NCBI GenBank assembly: GCA_965637545.1
Contig: OZ281497.1
Coordinates: forward strand, 18,910,001-18,974,000
Reading direction: 5' to 3'
DNA length: 64,000 bases
From: Phallusia mammillata
Taxonomy: Eukaryota
The translations under genes were made by a program, and so were the position numbers. Position 1 is the first letter of the stretch, and each line of letters starts with the position of its first letter. The notes beneath the pieces are model-generated. The model did not search any database. It worked only from the letters and a program-made list of their open reading frames with translations, and was not told the DNA's origin. Of the stretch, positions 34,479 to 46,720 are shown one piece after another.

Positions 34479-37400
34479 TCACGCATCAGTCTCGTCTTTC
34501 GAAGCCGGGACTTCGTCTTTCGAGGCCGTGACTACATCCGATGTGGTGCTGACGTCATCAGTCTCCTGCTTTGCACTGACGTCGGGTGGGTCCGCAGGTT
34601 TACTTTTGGTTAAGCAACTTAAATAAGAGTCTGAAAAGACAGGGGCACTAACACTGCTTGCTGGCGGTTGGTCATGGGCGGTCGACGCAGTGTCGTCTAT
34701 TGGCACAGGAGGTTCTGAATCATCTTTCGCAGGGGACGTTTTTGGAACCGGGTCTTTCTGTTGCGGAGATTGGGGCTCATCAACAGTTGCGTCCAGTTTT
34801 GGCTCTGCTGATGATTTGTCCTCATCTCCTTCAGCTGTTGTAGCTTCTTCATTGGATTGGTTGGAGACTGGGCTGGCTGCTTGGTCAAGAGATTGGTTGT
34901 AGACTGGACTAGGTGGTTGGTCAAGATTTTTATCGGGACTTTTTACCTCTGTTTTGCATTCTTCATTAACAACATTCTGATCCGTTTCCATTTCTTCTTG
35001 TGTATTTTTAGATTCTGTTGTAGGAGTTTCCTTTTCGTCTGTTTCTACATAATCCATGTTTTCAATTTCTGATCTAGGACTTTTGTCTATTGATGAATCA
35101 TCGTCCACGTTATCAACAGTTTTAGTCATTTGGGCAGGACTATCCGGTGTGGGGGAAACGGTTGGTTCAATTAATTCTGTATTGATGCTACTGCTCTCTT
35201 TTTTCTCTTCGTCAGATGGCTTTGGTGACCCGCTTTCCACTTTAACTGATTCTTCACTTTTCTGTTTTGCTTTTAGCAATCTATCTCCAATGGCACTGAT
35301 CGCATCTCCCGAGTGTTGAATTTTTAGGGTTTCCTTAGGTTGAGCTTCACAAGGGATATCCTTGACAGGCAAGCCATCCTTAGGGGAACCAGCGATAATT
35401 TTTGCTGGACTTTCATCTGCAGATGACTCAACTGCAGCAGGTTTGTCTTCATTTACATCGTTTTCTTTTTCCAGAACCTTCGAAAAAATGTCGTCCAGCA
35501 GCTTTGATGGAACAACAGTGGTGCTCGTCCCGCTGTTCGTGTTTGAAGAAGTGCCAGCAGGTGTCCTTAGAGGGAGAGGCATTGGCTTGATCTCATTAGC
35601 AAGGGTGGAAACTATGCTCAAAGGAGTCGCTGGCTTCTCTTCAATTGGTTTTACTGGATTTGGGGAACGGTTTTTATCATCTGTTTCAACACTTTGACCA
35701 GTGGATTCTTTTGCAGAAGTCATACTAGGTTGGTCTAGAGGTTTTTCATCCGCTGCATCTGGTTTCTTTTCATTACATACATCTTTTGGTGTCTCAGCTA
35801 CTGCATTGGTTGGCTCTTCAACATCTTGCGATATTGTAGAATCCATTTGTTCCACTGGTTTGGGTGTTTCTTCTTGCTTGGGAGACTGTATTTTCTCCTC
35901 AGGTTCCTCATCGTCCTTGTGCAGGCTCTCATCAATCACCATCATCTCAGTATCACTTTCATCTTCCTCTTCATCCACATCTACAGATTCCTTCACCTCC
36001 TCAACTACAGGCTTTGATATGTCCTTGGGTTGAATTGGATCCTCAAATGGAGACGTTGGAGTATCAGCAGGCATCTCGGGCTCAGTTTCCATTTCCTTTA
36101 CTTTTGCTTGGGGAGTGCCGCCATCTTGGCCACCTGCTGTGCTTGTATTCCCAGCATTAGCATCCCGGGCTTGTGAGCAAGTGGCCATGTGCTTGGGCCA
36201 GTGAAGCTGCTGACATGGGTAGTCACAGTAGCTGGTGTTCCAGCAGCAGTAAAATATTGCCTCTTTTCCGCAGTTTGCACACCACTGTTTTTGCTTGGTC
36301 TCTTCTATAGCTTGCAACTTTGCTGCTTCCGACTTGCGCTTGGCTTCTTCCAATAAATGCAGTTTCTCGTTTTCCAGGCTTTGCCTGATTTCCGCAATAG
36401 TCAGATCTGTAAATTGTTTTACAAACATGTTTTTTGTGGTACAGGTGGACAATTATTGGTTTGTTCCAAATCTGAGTAATTATAATGAATAAAGTGCCCA
36501 ACAGGTGCTAAAATCACAAGACATCAAATTAAACAAAAACATGCAGTAACTAGAAGAGTGGCTTTCTGATATACTTCCATTTTATATATTCTATACGATA
36601 TTTACCAATTTACTATACACATCATTTGATCTACACATATGATTGTTTTTGTAAACAAAAAGTAATGGGTCCCCACACGCGTGTTTGTGCGGATTTACGG
36701 TAAACAAATGTTGCGGTGACTTTTAGATTTTTAAGCAGTGTTTCATAACGGAACGGAACGAAACTAAATAACGTTATTCGTTCTGAGCAAATTATTTATT
36801 TCGTTATTTCGTTCCAGACCGATATTTTCATTTCGTTCCGGTCTGACCGAAATATATTTGTAACGGTATTTTTCGGTATTTCGGTCTTGACAAAAGAACA
36901 TTTCTTTATGTTCTTTCCAACTATTAAGCGAATAAAGAAAGAAAGTTGCAACACACAAGAATTATTGTCGGTAGTTGTTACGTCACATAACATTTGACAA
37001 TGATGGTCAACAAGATGTAAATTGTAGCATCTTCAATTTTTATTATAGCCTAGCTTAGTCTAACGGCGCAAAATTTTTAGCAATTGTTACATGTCAAATG
37101 TCCAGAACGAAATACCGTAATAAAAAATAACGGTATTTCGTTCCGTTCCGGTATTTTGAATATTTTTTATTTCGGTATTTCGTTCCGGTATTTGAGGCAA
37201 AAATTATTTATTTCGTTCCGGTATAACGTTCCGTTCCGTTCCGGTATGAAACACTGTTTTTAAGGACAAATTTTTAGAAGGCATTAACCCAACAATAAAA
37301 ATTTTTTGTTCGTATTCTTTTTGCACTATTATTGTCATATAATTACAAAAACATTAAAAAAGAACGAAACAAATACTTTAATATAATCTCTTGCTTTGAC

Positions 37401-40400
37401 CCAGATATTGACGTCCAAGGTCGGGGTTTAAACAATTTTTTTTTCTAGAAAGCTGTAACAGTTGTGTTACAGACACTTTAAATTAAAAAGCAATTTGCTA
37501 CAAGTGTACACATAACAAATTGTTTTTCATTTAACTTTGTTTCGCAAAACCATTGACCTGTAGTAACCTCTCAGGGTGCACACGCCAACGACTGTTTGAC
37601 CTATTGACACCGTTTTCAATAACACGCCGTCCTTACTGTTCAACAACACCGTTTAACCTAATTTATACATGCCTTGAGTGTTGATTCCTAAATTTATTGC
37701 AAAAAAACGCTACGTTATGACGAAAGAAAGTTCTGAACTGTGTTAGTAATACCTACTAGTTGACCTTAGGTAACCCGTGGTCATGCGGCGGCCGACCTGA
37801 CAACGAGCATTTAAAAAAAAACATTTATCTTGTAAAAACGTCAAGTTTATTTTTTCAACTTTATTTTGATTAACAAGTTTTGCTTGACATATACGAAACC
37901 GAAGCACGCTTATTAGGTTTAAATCACGTCATAGGTGTGAAACCTTTGCCAAAACTGAAAATGTGAGTGATAACTTAATAAAACAAAATAGCATTGCTGT
38001 GCAAAACAGCTGATTTCTGATCACCGAAACGACGTCTCGTAAAACGTCTGTCCGACGTCAAGCTGAGCCCTCCGGCTATCGTAAACCAGTGAGTTACTCT
38101 CTTGGGACTTCTGCCTACAGCAGGGGTTTCAAACTCAAACTGGTTTGGGGGCCAAAAACAAACTTTTAAGTCAGTCGGGGGCCGCACTATCGACACATTT
38201 GTTACGGTGTAACATGACAAGAAAAGACATTGCGTGATTAAAAAGTGAAATGTGCATTAATGCCACTAACTACATTAAAAAACAAAATTGTAATAAATAG
38301 GAAACAGATATACAGTGTAGCAAAGTGAAAGAGGCAACTGTGCTATATTGCTTTGTGTGGAAACAATGGCCTACAATGATGCAACAATGTACAAAATATG
38401 ACGCAACAATCGCAATTGCTGATTTTAAAAATGATCTCGCTCATTTAAACGCTGCATATACCACCAATAGAGAACGATTGTACCATGTAAATTCACCGGT
38501 CTAACAGGATATTCCGCCTAAGTAAAACACATAACTTCTAAAGATTACTTCGCGGGCCGCACAAAAACCCTTGGAGGGCCGCATGCGGCCCGCGGGCCGC
38601 GTGTTTGAGACCCCTGGCCTACAGTGTCTTTCTTGACCAAACGAGCGTTAGACACATTTACGTTTCGGGGGCCTGTGGGTGAACCGCTGGGTAATTCGGG
38701 GACAAACTTCTGGAGAATCAAGTTTGGATTAATAACTAACATTGTCCAAATTTGAATAAATTTGAAGCACTCTTTCTTTACCAAACGAGCGTTACAAACC
38801 AGCGTTAAAATTTTACGTTTCGGGGGCCTGTGGGTGAACCCCTGGGTCATTCAGGGTCAAACTTCAGGAGGATCAAATTTAGATTAATAAATAACATCTG
38901 TCCAAATTTGAATAAATTTGAAGCACTTTTTCTTGACCAAATGCATATAACAAACCATGTTTTAAATTTTTTGCATTTTGGGGGCCTGTGGGTGAACCGC
39001 TGGATAATTCGGGGTCAAACTTCAGGAGGATCAAATTTAGATTAATAACTAACATCTGTCCAAATTTGAATAAATTTGAAGCACTCTTTCTTGACCAAAT
39101 GCGTTTAAGAACCAGCGTTAGACATAAAAAAGAGGTCATAAGACAATGTTACCATGATTGTGTTGTAGTTCAGCAATCTCCTGCTGATGCATCCATTTTA
39201 ATCGATCAAGTTCAAGTTGGAGCTGGTTAACTTGGTGACTGACATCTGAGTCTTTTCCAGATGAATCTTTTGATGGTTGCGAGTCCATCTCAGTCATCAT
39301 GTCTTCGTACATTTCAACAAGCACTTGTCGAACACCAATCATTACCCTGTGAAACGGTTACCATATTTTGACATTGTCAGTAAAATCTTGCAATTCCATT
39401 GTGTGAATGCGTAAAAAATGTTCTACTTTTATTGACAAAATTGATTTTTGAAAGAATAGCTCAAATGCAAGCATCTTACTTCTCATTGTATTTCTCTATT
39501 TTCTGGATTGGAAAGTTTCCATTGGCAGTTGCAGAAGTGCTTTTGCCGTCATGTGAAGCTTCTATACTGGTTCTGGTTGTCATTGTGCTTGTTCTGACCG
39601 GTTCTATAAAATACACAAGTCAAAACATGGGGTCATCCGATAACTGAAACCTTTTTTAAACAATCTTACCTTCTGTTGGTCTTACAGCAGTAGGCTTGTG
39701 TTTAGGAATAGTGAATGAAGACAAACGTTTACCAGAGTCACCAAATGACGATTTGCTTTTATCCTGAAACTGAAAATTGTTGAATGAGTTTTGGCTGAGA
39801 AGCATTAAAATCAATAAGGAATTACATTCTGCTTGTCCAAAGTTTTTTGCTTCTCTGAAGGATGACTCGTGTGTTTGCGACTCATCACTTTTTGTGATAA
39901 GATTTTGGCTGCAGACTTCAGGTTTGTACGGTCTGTCAAAAACAGTTGGTCCAAAATTATTTTGAAACAAAACACATACAACAAAATTCAGGATTAAGAA
40001 TACGCACCTTCAGGTGGTTTTGTTTTTGGAATCTCTGTCATCATAATCTTCTTTCGCACAATTCCCTACAAAAGAAAAGTTGTGTTTTGCAACATATAAT
40101 GAACAGATTGAAACATCAAGTTTCGTATTTCTTGTAACAAGCTGATGTTTTTGTCAGACTCTTAGTTTAATAACTTTGCAATGCATTTTTGTGTCTGTTT
40201 TGTGTGAGTAATTCTACTAAAAACTGGACTGAATATGCAGTTTGCCGAATTTATTTGGCCGCATCGGCCATTTTTACAAAGTTTCGGCCGAGTAATTTGT
40301 TGCAATTCGGTCAAAACCGAATCTTTCACAAACACAAATTTAAACCATAAAACATGTCTTTTCAGCGTTATAAGGTACCACACAATCTTTCAAACTATGC

Positions 40401-43400
40401 CATAACTAAAATCATGTCAAGTAGTTAGATTTTAATGTATTGTTTTTCACACTCCGGACAACAATTAATAATTCATTGGCAGGCTAGCCATCATGCCTGA
40501 GGCAATGTTAAACCACACAGAACTAAAATTATGACGAAACGAACTGTTTGTCTGGTAGAAAAACTTGTTTTCATATAAAAGATGTAGCATACTACTCTAT
40601 GTGACGTCATAAATGATACGGTTGATATGGTTTCGGCCGAACCGAAAACTAGCCGAAGCGGTACATCTCTACTAAAAACACAGTCTTAATACATCAAAGT
40701 GCTAAAGAACTGACATACAACTGGCAAAGTTTTAACATTTTTTTCTAAAATAGATAACTTACTTCAGGATTGGTTTTCTTTGCTGTTACACCAGATCCAT
40801 CTTTCCTCACCTTTGATGATGTTTCAGGATATTTCTTTGCTTTGTCACTGCAAGAAACCAAGCTAGTTGGTAATTCACCATTTTGTCAAAAGAAACTAAG
40901 GAATATGTAACAGAAGTTACCTGGGGTGCTTTCCCTGGTCACTAGGCAACTTTTTCTTCTCCTTTCCCATGATTTTTCCATCTTTAACACCTGAAGCATC
41001 AGATGGTTTTGTCATACCATCAACTTTGCGAGCCTTGAGGATTCCACCACCAGAGGAGCTCTCTTCACCCATTTTACGTTTTATGCTTCCACTGCCTACA
41101 GCGGGCCTAGCTGGTGCTTCTGTGATTTTTCCTGGGTCTTTGTTGAGGAGAATCGATTTCGGCTTCAAGGATTTGTCACTTTCACCCTTTTTCTTAACCT
41201 TAATAATGCTTTTCTGCAGATTTCCTTTTTCATCCTGCACAAAATAAATATGCAGATTTAAGTATGTAGTAAAACAAAATGATTAAAAAAATGCGAGACT
41301 TACTCTTTTCTTTGCTTCTTCATCTTCCGGAATATCAATTACAAGTTCAGAGTCTGATTCATCGCTGTTTTGGCCCACTAAAATACAAAATTTGTTTAGT
41401 ACCTAATACAGCATATGTTGTAAAATGAATATGTTTTGAACCTTAATACACAACATCATGTTATCACATTGTAGTCTACCTTTGTTTGTTGGTTTAGGGG
41501 CAGATTTTTCAGTGGTTCCATCTGCATTAGTTTTGTCATCAGCACCTGCAAACAAAATTTAAAACTGATAAACGACATTCACAACAATTGTACATAAATA
41601 TAGCATTGATGAAAAGGAAAGGCAGCTCTAAACATATACTCATAAAGTTTGTTTGAGGCAAACCTTTTTCAACAGAGTTGGTAGTGGATTTGGTGGCTGC
41701 AATCTCATCATTACTTTCATCCGAAGATGTGTCAGACTCATCTGAACTTGAATCGTCGTCACTATTCTGTTATTTAAAATAATTTAAAAATGTAGGCCCA
41801 AATAATCAACTTGCAAGGGTAAATATAACTAACTGTGAATGAGTCTCGAAGCGATGCTTTACAGGATTCAATAGTTTTCTCAAGCAAAGACGCTTGTTTC
41901 TTATGAGCAAAAGACCGATTGCCTTTCTGTCCTCCACCAGGATGTGCTCCACTGGTTGTTACTATTTTAGATTTTTTCTTGGGCGGAGTAGCACTGGGTG
42001 AACTTCCTTCCAGCGATTCTTTCAAGTCTGAGGCACATGGATGTTATTAAGTGTGAAAACAGCTTGGCAGGATTGCAAAACATTCTTACCAGAACCAGCT
42101 AGTTTTAGATTAAGGACACTTGATCCCAAAAGTGCAGGTGATTTTGATTCCTCTTCAATTGCTTCTTTCTTAACCACAACCTGTAAAAAATAGCATTATT
42201 TTTATTAAACCCATAAAAAATTGCCAACAATACTTCATAAAAAGCCAAACATTAAACTCACAGCAGACAGAAAACAAAATTTGTCGGTCAATTAAACGTT
42301 TTTAAACAACTGTTCATCATTTCAAACAACTGAGCTCTACAAACTTGAACTTCTCATCATATTTATCAGCAATAGCTAATCCTAACAAGGGTATTGTCAA
42401 CACTTATTACAGACATTGGTGTTCCCAATATCAATAAAGTAAATACATGAGGTTTGTTTACGCTGTCTGTTGGATTATTTGAAGTTGGAATGCCAGTGGA
42501 TCTTCTGTACAGGTCCATGTGTGTGAGGGGAGTTCTCAATGGGGAATAGTCAAATGAACCAGTTTTTCGAATCACATTGTCAATGTAATTTTGTGTTTCA
42601 AGCATGGCATTGTCCAAACCCCCTACAGAAAAGTACAACCTCAAATGTTAACAAACTGTTGTTTCCAAAATATGCACGTAAACACTAACAAACCTTTTGC
42701 TCCTGGCCCTCTGCCCTTTTTCTTGTTCTTTACTGGAAATGGCATTTCTTTTGACATCAAGTAACAACCAGACAAGGGAATCCAGGCACGGTCATGCTGC
42801 CCAAAGAATCTTGCATCCACCATTCCTTTATCAATGCGCAGTGCCTACATGATAGTATGCCATTTCAAAAGCCACAACACATCAAGATCAAATATCTTAA
42901 TAAATTTCTAGTGATATCAAAGAACCTTACAAATCCTTAAAAAAGCAATTTTGGTATCAAATCTGTTATTTATCTGATATTAGTAATACTTATGGACAAA
43001 CACTACCATCTATTTTTTGTTAATGATGTATTTACATGTGTCATTTGAGCCTAGCATGAATATGTATTCAATTTAATTGTCTCTATATTTAACTTTGCAT
43101 TTGAATTTATTCATGTGTCACTGAGGAAATAAATTGTGAACCTTTGCAGGCCAGTGAGGAAATCCTTGCAGCTTTGCCCACACCAGTATGTGAGGTTCTT
43201 TACATGGCTCGCAAAACCAGTTTTCCCTTTTGCGACAGGAGTTCAAGTAACACTCAGGACATACCTCAATTTCACTCATCTATAAACAATACAAAATTGG
43301 TAATTACAAACAATAACACTTACTGGTATTACCAATCACTAATGGCTTTTCAGTGTGTTACTCTCAACAAACTGGTGGGCCATAATGTAGCAACACTAGC

Positions 43401-45068
43401 CAATATGGCTAATGTCTTGTCACCTCCTGCAGAATTGAGGCCTTATAGGTCAAAGCTATGTGCAAAGTGCAGTTTACTTAATAGCTCAATACTTTGGTAT
43501 TGATACTTTCTATTGCCTTAATAATGTGAGACAAAAAGCATCAAACACAAACCTCATGCTGGCAAATCTTTACAATGGATTTTGCGATTTGTGTGAGTTT
43601 GGTTTGTAGTCCATTATAAATTACGCAGTTGTGGACAATCCACTTTACATCAGAGAGAAAGGCCTAAAAAATACAACACAAATTATTGTATTGTTGTGGG
43701 CTCCAAACCGAAAGTTGTTTAAGCTGTTTACAAGTTTTACCTCGGTACATCCATATTTGCGTTTTTTTACATTCTTTTCGAGGGTGCTTAAATCCATGGG
43801 ATGAAACACATAATCCAGGTAGTCACTGAACTTTTTTGTATCGACTGGTTCCAGGAAAGGCTCACACTAAAATGAAAAATTTAAACTTAACTGGTTTAAA
43901 AATTTATACTCAAAATCCATTTATAAAATCCAACTGACATTTAAATATGAAAGCATGACAAAAAGCTATGACAGAAAATAAAAAATAGGAAATTCTTACT
44001 CCAGTGGTTTTCATGCGTTGCAGTGCATATCTTAGATGCAAAGCAAGCTGATCAATGCTCATCTGTGACATGGCTCGCGATTGTGTTTCTTTGCATTCAG
44101 CATCCATCACCTTTTGACACTCTGGGCAGTACCAATCTCCTTCTGGTTCCTTGGGTAAAACAAATGCAAGTTCAGAGTATTGGTTAACAACCATAATGTT
44201 TTAGGCTTTAAATTACATTAACTGGCATATATAATTTTCACAAAAACCAATTAACGAATGTTACTTTTTGCATGTGAAGGCATTTTGCATGGAACACCCT
44301 GGGGCATAATTCACAACACAACACTTCCCCTTCGCGGTGGCAAATCCAGCAATAGAAGTCGTTTCTACCATCATGCTGAAAACAAAACCAAGTTTTACAA
44401 ACCATGTTAGTTGTGTAACCATAAGTTAAACACACTACCTGTGTGTCATCTTTAATCGGAGGTGGAGGTCTTGTCTTTCTTGGTCTACCCTGTGAGCCGG
44501 GACTGGCCACATTGCCAGGTGAGTGAGCTTTTGGAGATTTTGAAGAGAGGGATGATTTTCTAGATCTCGATCCTGATGACAATGAACTTGGTGATATTGA
44601 CTTTATAGAGCCTTCAGATGGTGTTTTGGGCATAATCATTTCAATTCTGTCATCTTTTGTCAATGACATCACTTCAGGGGTTATTGCTCGTTGCTGTGGA
44701 ATGACTTCATCTTCTTCCATTGATTTGCCAACAACTGGTGTGTTTGCAGTTGACACAGTGGAAGTCTGTTCTGTGTCCATAGCAGCATGTTGTACACCAA
44801 CAGGCTGACTGCTGGCTCCACTTGGCAATGTGTCACATGTTGTTTTTGAAGTTGATTCTTCTGGTGGTGCTGAGAACTCCATTGGAAGTTGTGCAACGGT
44901 GCCAGAAAGATCAGTTACCACAGGAGTAGTTTCAGCAGATTGGGCACTAGCAGGGAAAGCATGCATTGGAGCTGTACCACTGGTTTGCATTTCCATAGGA
45001 GGGTCCTGAGCCAGCACTGAAGCTACATCACTTTGGCCTGTACTACCTTCTGGAGGTTCAGTCTCCAT
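34479..45068 (-). CDS. ZMYND8: Zinc finger MYND-type containing 8 (PRKCBP1/RACK7): PHD-bromo-PWWP...MYND
   Basis: [35 protein letters not shown]...GDWYCPEC; bromodomain EPFLEPVD...HPMDL...[11 protein letters not shown]; [22 protein letters not shown]; [13 protein letters not shown]; [42 protein letters not shown]. Last exon 36406-34479. A probable non-coding first exon lies near 46350-46600. Confidence 0.95.
36736..37256. mobile_element. hAT (Ac-like) MITE in ZMYND8 intron
   Basis: TIR CAGTGTTTCATA(A/C)CGGAACGGAACG at both ends, 8-bp TSD TTTTTAAG, many internal TTCGTTCCG/CGGTATTTCG subterminal repeats. Confidence 0.92.
38121..38616. mobile_element. hAT (Buster/Charlie-like) MITE in ZMYND8 intron
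   Basis: TIR CAGGGGTTTCAAAC / GTTTGAGACCCCTG (1 mismatch), perfect 8-bp TSD GCCTACAG, GCGGGCCGC subterminal motifs. Confidence 0.94.
38627..39122. repeat. Tandem repeat (minisatellite), ~3.3 units of 144-158 bp
   Basis: Units start at ~38627, 38771, 38927 and 39085 (partial). Shared cores are GGGGCCTGTGGGTGAACC and GTCCAAATTTGAATAAATTTGAAGCAC. Confidence 0.92.
40225..40671. mobile_element. Degenerate hAT (Ac-like) MITE in ZMYND8 intron
   Basis: Right end CGGTACATCTCTA (TAGAGATG-type TIR), flanking 8-bp direct repeat CTAAAAAC (40217-40224, 40672-40679), TTCGG/CCGAA subterminal repeats near both ends. The left TIR is eroded. Confidence 0.6.
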
Positions 45069-46720
45069 TCTCTTATTTTCAAAAGGTATATTGTCTATCC
45101 AGTAAGCTCTGCATTAATGAAAAACTTTAATAAGTTGAAAAAAGTATTGTAGTAGTTACCTCTTTGTGTGTGTGTGTGGTGTATGACTTTTAGGAATGTT
45201 GCTATATTACAAGTTGTTATAAACAGGCCACTAAGAAGAAAAAAGGATAGTTGACTGTAAAAATGATAACTGTTTTCACTAAAGCTGTTAGATACGTCGC
45301 AAGGGTGGTGAAAAATAAAGTCCTGTTCACTTTTTTTAATATTTGTTTCGCACAATGTCCTCATTTAACAAAAAAATTGTCCACACCAAAGTAAATAGTG
45401 AAAACGTTGCTGTTAAACCTCACCCTAAAAAAAAAACTGTGAAAATATGTATGTGTCAACAAGTAAAAGTAAATGTGTTTTGGCCCACTTGAAACAAGAA
45501 TGATTATATTTGCAGTTTTGAAATATTACCCGCATATTCGCGTGCATGACCCTTAAGTCCACAAGCAAAACCTACTTCGCCAGGCGCAAAGCAAGCGATA
45601 GGAGTCAATACAAGCCAATTAAATGCCTTCAGTGCAAAATTTTCGTCTGCAACCCCAAAGATTGGCAAAAATTTTTTAAACAAATAATCGCCCGTGCAGC
45701 TGCCATACTCTGCAGACTGGTTTATTGGGACCAAAGTTTCTATTGTATTTTATGTTTTACTGAAGTGTGAAAATGTGATTTTGCTAAATCTAGTGTTTTT
45801 GAAAGGATAAATAAGTGAATTGTGTGTATGTCTACTATAAAAAGTATGGACATAAAGCATTGGCTTTATATAAATGGGAAGAGCTTGTAATGGGACAATT
45901 GTTGTTGTATTTGGGTTTTTTAACTTTTTGGCATTTATAACATTTTTGCATGCTTGGTAAATATTTAGGCATACTTCTTAAAAAAAAAATTAAAATGCGA
46001 GGATTGAAATTTTTCTCACAGTACAGATTTTTCAAACATTTTAACCATTTTACACATTTTAGTTTGTTATGTTATTGGCTACTAAATGTATCTTTTTTAG
46101 TTCAAGCACATACAAATTGCAATTGTAAATCTTTAAGCATCAATCTTTGTTCCCCCGGCCTGCCAGTATCATGTAGGTTAAATAAAAAAAATCAACTAAA
46201 CATGGTAAAGTCAGTTTTCTTAATTCCGAGGCTCTAATCTATGTTTTATCGGTAAAAATCGATTCTAAACGTGCTTTGTTGGTTCAAAAATAAAACGCAA
46301 GTCGTCAAGATATGTTTTAGGTTTTTCGCCGTTTGGATTTTGTCAATTTACCACCAGTTTTACGACGAATACAAATCGGACTCAAGTTTATCTTGAAAAA
46401 AAGTAGCTTTTCACTTTTTATGAAACATCTTGGTTACGCTTCAATGATTTTTCATCGATAAATTTATGATTTCCATGATTTGCACATGCGACCTCAATAC
46501 ATGTAAATAAAAACCTACTTATTCTTTCAACTTGTAGAGAAAATTGCATGAAGTTTTTACAAGTTGTATATCGTGGAATTGGTTTACCGGTGTTTTCTTT
46601 ATGCTGGACGTGAACGGTATGAATGTGTGGCGTGTGCGTTACTGCGTTACCATAGTCCATAAGCAGCAATGTGAAATGAGAGTAATAGTTGTAATTTTAA
46701 GTTCTATTCCTACATGACAG

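Noticed and set aside
34658-36492. Numerous plus-strand ORFs (also opposite ICE1 at 27355-29407 and CSNK1A1 at 14180-14793)
   Set aside because: Antisense shadows of long, biased coding exons with no independent protein features.
38627-39122. Repeat array as CRISPR
   Set aside because: Eukaryotic intron, units are contiguous 144-158 bp with no unique spacers, and there are no cas genes.
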